Source of the DNA: the human T2T-CHM13v2.0 reference genome, Homo sapiens
Assembly (NCBI RefSeq): GCF_009914755.1
Contig: NC_060939.1
Length of the DNA: 64,000 nucleotides
Reading direction: 5' to 3' (one strand)
Shown piece by piece: positions 55,301 through 64,000 of the stretch. The position numbers were made by a program, and so were the translations under genes. The notes under the pieces were generated by a model. That model was not told where the DNA came from. It did no database searches and was given only the letters and a program-made list of their open reading frames with translations. Positions within the stretch are counted from its first letter, which is position 1. Every line of letters begins with the position of its first letter.

Positions 55301-58300
55301 GCGTCCATTCATTCCATTTCACTCCATTCGATTCCATTCCACTCGATTCCACTTCGTTCCATTTCATTGCATTCCATTCTATTCAACTCTATTGCCTTCC
55401 ATTCCATTCCATTCGATTACATTCCATGCGATTCCATTCGAAATCGAATCAATTACATTGCAATCCATTACTATTGAGTCCGTTTTATTCCAGTCCACTG
55501 CATTCTGGTCCATTCCATTTGATTCCATTCCATTCTATTCCATTCCATACAGTTGCATTCCATTGGATTCCATGCTATATCTATAAATTCAATTCGAGAC
55601 CATTGCTTTTGAGTCCATTCTATATGATTCCATTCCATTCAAGTCCATTACATTTGGTTAAATTCCATTCCATTCGGTTCAATTCCATTCCATTCCATTC
55701 CCTTCCATTCCATTCCAGTTGATATCAATCCATTCGATTCCATTCCATTCGAGCACATTCCATTCGAGTCCATTCCATTCGATGCCATTCCATTTGATTC
55801 TATTCCATTAGTCTCCATTCAATTCCATTAATCTCCATTCCATTCCATTCTACTCCAACTGATTCCATTCCATTCTATTCCTTTTTATTCCATTTCATTC
55901 CATTCCATTCCATTCCATTCCATTCCATTCCATTCGTGTCCATTCCACTCCAGTCCATTCCATTCGTATCCATTCCATTCCAGTCCATTCCATTTGTGTC
56001 CACTGGATTCCATTCCACTCCATTCCATATTATTCCATTACACTCCATTCCATTCTATTACTTTCATTTCCATTCAATTCCATTCCATTTGATTCCATTC
56101 CACTCGGTTTCATTCCATTTGAGTCCACTCCATTCCATTCCATTCCATTCAGTTCCATTCCATTCTGTTCCATTCCATTCCGTTCCATTACATTCCATTC
56201 CATTCGGTACCATTCCATATTGTTCCATTCGATTCCATTCGAATCCATTCCATTCCAGTCCATTCCATTCGATTCCATTCCATTCATTTCAATTCCATTC
56301 CATTCCATTCCATTACATTCCACTTGATTCCTCTCCATTCCCTTCCACTGCATTCCGTTCGATTCCATTCCATTGCATTGCATTCCATTCCATTGGATTG
56401 CATTCCATTCGATTCCATTCCATTCGAATCAATTACATAGCAATCCATTACATTCGAGTCTATTCTATTCCGTTCCATTCGATTTCGTTCCAATCCATTC
56501 GATTCCATTCCATTCGATTCCATTCCATACTATTGCATTCCATTCGATTACATTATATTCGAATAAGTTCCATTCAAGACCATTTCTTTTGAGTCCATTC
56601 TATTTGAGTCCATTCCCTTTGATTCCATAACATTTGAGTCCATTCAATTCCATTCCTTTCGTTTCCATTCCATTTGATGCCATTCCATTCAATTCTGTTC
56701 TACTCGACTCCAATACATTCAATTCCATTCCATCCGATTCCATTACATTCTTTTCATTTCTTATCCATTTCAAGCCATTCCACTCCATTCCATTCCACTC
56801 GTTTCCTTTCCATTCGAGTCCATTCCTCTCCAGTCCATTCCGTTCAATCCATTCCATTCCAGTCCATTCCATTCGAGTCCGTTCCATTCCAGTCCATTCC
56901 ATTCGAGTCAATTCCATTCCATTCGATGTCTTTCCATAACGATCCATTCCATTCAATTCCTTTCGATTCCATTCCATTCTATTTCATTCCATTCGATTCC
57001 CTTCCATTGGACTCCTTTCCATTCGAGTGCATTCCATTCCGTTCCATTTCTTTCCGTTCTGTACGATTCCTACCGTTCGATTTCATTTTCTTCCAGTCCA
57101 TTCTTTCGCGTCCATTCCATTCCATTTCACTCCATTCGATTCCATTCCACTCGATTCCACTTCGTTCCATTTCATTGCATTCCATTCTATTCAACTCTAT
57201 TGCCTTCCATTCCATTCCATTCGATTACATTCCATGCGATTCCATTCGTAATCGAATCAATTACATTGCAATCCATTACTATTGAGTCCGTTTTATTCCA
57301 GTCCACTGCATTCTGGTCCATTCCATTTGATTCCATTCCATTCTATTCCATTCCATACAGTTGCATTCCATTGGATTCCATGCTATATCTATAAATTCAA
57401 TTCGAGACCATTGCTTTTGAGTCCATTCTATATGATTCCATTCCATTCAAGTCCATTACATTTGGTTAAATTCCATTCCATTCGGTTCAATTCCATTCCA
57501 TTCCATTCCCTTCCATTCCATTCCAGTTGATATCAATCCATTCGATTCCATTCCATTCGAGCACATTCCATTCGAGTCCATTCCATTCGATGCCATTCCA
57601 TTTGATTCTATTCCATTAGTCTCCATTCAATTCCATTAATCTCCATTCCATTCCATTCTACTCCAACTGATTCCATTCCATTCTATTCCTTTTTATTCCA
57701 TTCCATTCCATTCCATTCCATTCCATTCCATTCCATTCGTGTCCATTCCACTCCAGTCCATTCCATTCGTATCCATTCCATTCCAGTCCATTCCATTTGT
57801 GTCCACTGCATTCCATTCCACTCCATTCCATATTATTCCATTACACTCCATTCCATTCTATTACTTTCATTTCCATTCAATTCCATTCCATTTGATTACA
57901 TTCCACTCGGTTTCATTCTATTTGAGTCCACTCCATTCCATTCCATTCCATTCAGTTCCATTCCATTCTGTTCCATTCCATTCCGTTCCATTACATTGCA
58001 TTCCATTCGGTACCATGCCATATTGTTCCATTCGATTCCATTCGAATCCATTCCATTCCAGTCCATTCCATTCGATTCCATTCCATTCATTTCAATTCCA
58101 TTCCATTCCATTCCATTACATTCCACTTGATTCCTCTCCATTCCCTTCCACTGCATTCCGTTCGATTCCATTCCATTGCATTGCATTCCATTCCATTGGA
58201 TTGCATTCCATTCGATTCCATTCCATTCGAATCAATTACATAGCAATCCATTACATTCGAGTCTATTCTCTTCCGTTCCATTCGATTTCGTTCCAATCCA

Positions 58301-58899
58301 TTCGATTCCATTCCATTCGATTCCATTCCATACTATTGCATTCCATTCGATTATATTATATTCGAATAAGTTCCATTCAAGACCATTTCTTTTGAGTCCA
58401 TTCTATTTGAGTCCATTCCCTTTGATTCCATAACATTTGAGTCCATTCAATTCCATTCCTTTCGTTTCCATTCCATTTGATGCCATTCCATTCAATTCTG
58501 TTCTACTCGACTCCAATACATTCAATTCCATTCCATCCGATTCCATTACATTCTTTTCATTTCTTATCCATTTCAAGCCATTCCACTCCATTCCATTCCA
58601 CTCGTTTCCTTTCCATTCGAGTCCATTCCTCTCCAGTCCATTCCGTTCAATCCATTCCATTCCAGTCCATTCCATTCGAGTCCGTTCCATTCCAGTCCAT
58701 TCCATTCGAGTCAATTCCATTCCATTCGATGTCTTTCCATAACGATCCATTCCATTCTATTCCTTTCGATTCCATTCCATTCTATTTCATTCCATTCGAT
58801 TCCCTTCCATTGGACTGCTTTCCATTCGAGTGCATTCCATTCCGTTCCATTTCTTTCCGTTCTGTACGATTCCTACCGTTCGATTTCATTTTGTTCCAG

Positions 58900-60060
58900 T
58901 CCATTCCTTTCGCGTCCATTCCATTCCATTTCACTCCATTCGATTCCATTCCACTCGATTCCACTTCGTTCCATTTCATTGCATTCCATTCTATTCAACT
59001 CTATTGCCTTCCATTCCATTCCATTCGATTACATTCCATGCGATTCCATTCGAAATCGAATCAATTACATTGCAAACCATTACTATTGAGTCCGTTTTAT
59101 TCCAGTCCACTGCATTCTGGTCCATTCCATTTGATTCCATTCCATTCTATTCCATTCCATACAGTTGCATTCCATTGGATTCCATGCTATATCTATAAAT
59201 TCAATTCGAGACCATTGCTTTTGAGTCCATTCTATATGATTCCATTCCATTCAAGTCCATTACATTTGGTTCAATTCCATTCCATTCCATTCCCTTTCAT
59301 TCCATTCCATTTGATATCAATCCATTCGATTCCATTCCATTCGAGCACATTCCATTCGAGTCCATTCCATTCGATGCCATTCCATTTGATTCTATTCCAT
59401 TAGTCTCCATTCAATTCCATTAATCTCCATTCCATTCCATTCTACTCCAACTGATTCCATTCCATTCTATTCCTTTCCATTCCATTTCATTCCATTCCAT
59501 TCCACTCCATTCCATTCCATTCCATTCCATTCGTGTCCATTCCACTCCAGTCCATTCCATTCGTGTCCATTCCATTCCAGTCCATTCCATTTGTGTCCAC
59601 TGCATTCCATTCCACTCCATTCCATATTATTCCATTACACTCCATTCCATTCTATTACTTTCATTTCCATTCAATTCCATTCCATTTGATTCCATTCCAC
59701 TCGGTTTCATTCCATTTGAGTTCACTCCATTCCATTCCATTCCATTCCATTCAGTTCCATTCCATTCCGTTCCATTACATTCCATTCCATTCGGTACCAT
59801 TCCATATTGTTCCATTCGATTCCATTCGAATCCATTCCATTGCAGTCCATTCCATTCGATTCCATTCCATTCATTTCAATTCCATTCCATTCCATTCCAT
59901 TCCATTCCACTTGATTCCTCTCCATTCCCTTCCACTGCATTCCGTTCGATTCCATTCCATTGCATTGCATTCCATTCCATTGGATTGCATTCCATTCGAT
60001 TCCATTCCATTCGAATCAATTACATAGCAATCCATTACATTCGAGTCTATTCTATTCCGT
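58900..60060 (+). repeat. Type-B variant monomer segment (last copy in window)
   Basis: Same linked set as 11.6 kb and 31.8 kb (+1 C, GCAAACC, 20-bp-short GGTTCAATT, GAGTTCACT, 10-bp-short, TTGCAGTCC). Monomer length 1784. Confidence 0.85.
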
Positions 60061-63000
60061 TCCATTCGATTTCGTTCCAATCCATTCGATTCCATTCCAT
60101 TCGATTCCATTCCATACTATTGCATTCCATTCGATTACATTATATTCGAATAAGTTCCATTCAAGACCATTTCTTTTGAGTCCATTCTATTTGAGTCCAT
60201 TCCCTTTGATTCCATAACATTTGAGTCCATTCAATTCCATTCCTTTCGTTTCCATTCCATTTGATGCCATTCCATTCAATTCTGTTCTACTCGACTCCAA
60301 TACATTCAATTCCATTCCATCCGATTCCATTACATTCTTTTCATTTCTTATCCATTTCAAGCCATTCCACTCCATTCCATTCCACTCGTTTCCTTTCCAT
60401 TCGAGTCCATTCCTCTCCAGTCCATTCCGTTCAATCCATTCCATTCCAGTCCATTCCATTCGAGTCCGTTCCATTCCAGTCCATTCCATTCGAGTCAATT
60501 CCATTCCATTCGATGTCTTTCCATAACGATCCATTCCATTCTATTCCTTTCGATTCCATTCCATTCTATTTCATTCCATTCGATTCCCTTCCATTGGACT
60601 CCTTTCCATTCGAGTGCATTCCATTCCGTTCCATTTCTTTCCGTTCTGTACGATTCCTACCGTTCGATTTCATTTTCTTCCAGTCCATTCTTTCGCGTCC
60701 ATTCCATTCCATTTCACTCCATTCGATTCCATTCCACTCGATTCCACTTCGTTCCATTTCATTGCATTCCATTCTATTCAACTCTATTGCCTTCCATTCC
60801 ATTCCATTCGATTACATTCCATGCGATTCCATTCGAAATCGAATCAATTACATTGCAATCCATTACTATTGAGTCCGTTTTATTCCAGTCCACTGCATTC
60901 TGGTCCATTCCATTTGATTCCATTCCATTCTATTCCATTCCATACAGTTGCATTTCATTGGATTCCATGCTATATCTATAAATTCAATTCGAGACCATTG
61001 CTTTTGAGTCCATTCTATATGATTCCATTCCATTCAAGTCCATTACATTTGGTTCAATTCCATTCCATTCGGTTCAATTCCATTCCATTCCATTCCCTTC
61101 CATTCCATTCCAGTTGATATCAATCCATTCGATTCCATTCCATTCGAGCACATTCCATTCGAGTCCATTCCATTCGATGCCATTCCATTTGATTCTATTC
61201 CATTAGTCTCCATTCAATTCCATTAATCTCCATTCCATTCCATTCTACTCCAACTGATTCCATTCCATTCTATTCCTTTCCATTCCATTTCATTCCATTC
61301 CATTCCATTCCATTCCATTCCATTCCATTCCATTCGTGTCCATTCCACTCCAGTCCATTCCATTCGTATCCATTCCATTCCAGTCCATTCCATTTGTGTC
61401 CACTGCATTCCATTCCACTCCATTCCATATTATTCCATTACACTCCATTCCATTCTATTACTTTCATTTCCATTCAATTCCATTCCATTTGATTCCATTC
61501 CACTCGGTTTCATTCCATTTGAGTCCACTCCATTCCATTCCATTCCATTCAGTTCCATTCCATTCTGTTCCATTCCATTCCGTTCCATTACATTCCATTC
61601 CATTCGGTACCATTCCATATTGTTCCATTCGATTCCATTCGAATCCATTCCATTCCAGTCCATTCCATTCGATTCCATTCCATTCATTTCAATTCCATTC
61701 CATTCCATTCCATTACATTCCACTTGATTCCTCTCCATTCCCTTCCACTGCATTCCGTTCGATTCCATTCCATTGCATTGCATTCCATTCCATTGGATTG
61801 CATTCCATTCGATTCCATTCCATTCGAATCAATTACATAGCAATCCATTACATTCGAGTCTATTCTATTCCGTTCCATTCGATTTCGTTCCAATCCATTC
61901 GATTCCATTCCATTCGATTCCATTCCATACTATTGCATTCCATTCGATTACATTATATTCGAATAAGTTCCATTCAAGACCATTTCTTTTGAGTCCATTC
62001 TATTTGAGTCCATTCCCTTTGATTCCATAACATTTGAGTCCATTCAATTCCATTCCTTTCGTTTCCATTCCATTTGATGCCATTCCATTCAATTCTGTTC
62101 TACTCGACTCCAATACATTCAATTCCATTCCATCCGATTCCATTACATTCTTTTCATTTCTTATCCATTTCAAGCCATTCCACTCCATTCCATTCCACTC
62201 GTTTCCTTTCCATTCGAGTCCATTCCTCTCCAGTCCATTCCGTTCAATCCATTCCATTCCAGTCCATTCCATTCGAGTCCGTTCCATTCCAGTCCATTCC
62301 ATTCGAGTCAATTCCATTCCATTCGATGTCTTTCCATAACGATCCATTCCATTCTATTCCTTTCGATTCCATTCCATTCTATTTCATTCCATTCGATTCC
62401 CTTCCATTGGACTCCTTTCCATTCGAGTGCATTCCATTCCGTTCCATTTCTTTCCGTTCTGTACGATTCCTACCGTTCGATTTCATTTTGTTCCAGTCCA
62501 TTCTTTCGCGTCCATTCATTCCATTTCACTCCATTCGATTCCATTCCACTCGATTCCACTTCGTTCCATTTCATTGCATTCCATTCTATTCAACTCTATT
62601 GCCTTCCATTCCATTCCATTCGATTACATTCCATGCGATTCCATTCAAAATCGAATCAATTACATTGCAATCCATTACTATTGAGTCCGTTTTATTCCAG
62701 TCCACTGCATTCTGGTCCATTCCATTTGATTCCATTCCATTCTATTCCATTCCATACAGTTGCATTCCATTGGATTCCATGCTATATCTATAAATTCAAT
62801 TCGAGACCATTGCTTTTGAGTCCATTCTATATGATTCCATTCCATTCAAGTCCATTACATTTGGTTAAATTCCATTCCATTCGGTTCAATTCCATTCCAT
62901 TCCATTCCCTTCCATTCCATTCCAGTTGATATCAATCCATTCGATTCCATTCCATTCGAGCACATTCCATTCGAGTCCATTCCATTCGATGCCATTCCAT

Positions 63001-64000
63001 TTGATTCTATTCCATTAGTCTCCATTCAATTCCATTAATCTCCATTCCATTCCATTCTACTCCAACTGATTCCATTCCATTCTATTCCTTTCCATTCCAT
63101 TTCATTCCATTCCATTCCATTCCATTCCATTCCATTCCATTCCATTCGTGTCCATTCCACTGCAGTCCATTCCATTCGTATCCATTCCATTCCAGTCCAT
63201 TCCATTTGTGTCCACTGCATTCCATTCCACTCCATTCCATATTATTCCATTACACTCCATTCCATTCTATTACTTTCATTTCCATTCAATTCCATTCCAT
63301 TTGATTCCATTCCACTCGGTTTCATTCCATTTGAGTCCACTCCATTCCATTCCATTCCATTCAGTTCCATTCCATTCTGTTCCATTCCATTCCGTTCCAT
63401 TACATTCCATTCCATTCGGTACCATTCCATATTGTTCCATTCGATTCCATTCGAATCCATTCCATTCCAGTCCATTCCATTCGATTCCATTCCATTCATT
63501 TCAATTCCATTCCATTCCATTCCATTACATTCCACTTGATTCCTCTCCATTCCCTTCCACTGCATTCCGTTCGATTCCATTCCATTGCATTGCATTCCAT
63601 TCCATTGGATTGCATTCCATTCGATTCCATTCCATTCGAATCAATTACATAGCAATCCATTACATTCGAGTCTATTCTCTTCCGTTCCATTCGATTTCGT
63701 TCCAATCCATTCGATTCCATTCCATTCGATTCCATTCCATACTATTGCATTCCATTCGATTACATTATATTCGAATAAGTTCCATTCAAGACCATTTCTT
63801 TTGAGTCCATTCTATTTGAGTCCATTGCCTTTGATTCCATAACATTTGAGTCCATTCAATTCCATTCCTTTCGTTTCCATTCCATTTGATGCCATTCCAT
63901 TCAATTCTGTTCTACTCGACTCCAATACATTCAATTCCATTCCATCCGATTCCATTACATTCTTTTCATTTCTTATCCATTTCAAGCCATTCCACTCCAT

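Larger units (their letters stand above)
1..64000 (+). repeat. Human Satellite 3 (HSat3, (CATTC/GAATG)n) tandem array, single orientation, extending past both window edges
   Basis: Every line is degenerate CATTC pentamer (ccatt, cgatt, caatt, cgagt, ccagt variants) with frequent perfect (CATTC)n runs. The HSat2 hallmark CATTCGATGATGATTCC / ATCATC spacers are absent. No strand switch seen. Confidence 0.98.

Noticed and set aside
149-64000. Hundreds of ORFs (60-308 aa; FHSIP-rich on +, MEWNG-rich on -)
   Set aside because: (CATTC)n has no stop codon in any frame on either strand, so long ORFs are expected. The peptides are the direct translation of the pentamer, recur every monomer, overlap in several frames and are frameshifted freely by 1-bp indels. 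No domain is recognisable.
1-64000. CRISPR-like repeat/spacer array
   Set aside because: There are no unique spacers; all intervening sequence is itself repeated every 1.8 kb, and there are no cas genes.
1-64000. HSat2, alpha satellite or DYZ1 identity
   Set aside because: Lacks the HSat2 GATGAT/ATCATC pattern, has no 171-bp period or CENP-B box, and the period is 1.8 kb rather than the ~3.6 kb of DYZ1.
1-64000. Transposon insertion (Alu/L1), inversion or unique-sequence island
   Set aside because: No poly(A) tail, target-site duplication, G-rich stretch or GAATG-oriented segment was seen on the + strand; both length anomalies are explained by internal duplication of satellite sequence.

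Overview
The whole 64 kb window is one uninterrupted, single-orientation array of human/primate classical Satellite 3 (HSat3): degenerate (CATTC)n on the + strand, (GAATG)n on the - strand. It is organised as about 35 head-to-tail copies of a highly homogeneous ~1.8 kb monomer (mostly 1798-1813 bp), each normally carrying one KpnI site (GGTACC). This best matches the chromosome 15p D15Z1 / HSat3A5 1.8-kb KpnI satellite; that assignment is from recall and needs an alignment to confirm. I found no credible genes, RNA genes, transposons, CRISPR arrays or inversions, and all listed ORFs are translation artefacts of the pentamer. I found no new protein-coding system. The noteworthy content is nested repeat architecture: (1) the monomer looks like an ancient dimer, with a landmark block repeated 975 bp apart; (2) a 3-monomer 5,429 bp super-repeat at 13-28 kb; (3) a 4-monomer 7,191 bp super-repeat at 36.5-51.2 kb; (4) a recurrent minor monomer haplotype ('type B') that looks ancestral; (5) two enlarged monomers (2,393 and 2,079 bp) with internal duplications; (6) a locally divergent ~0.9 kb segment at 51.4-52.3 kb; (7) rare variants shared over 37-50 kb. 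Breakpoints were read by eye and are approximate.
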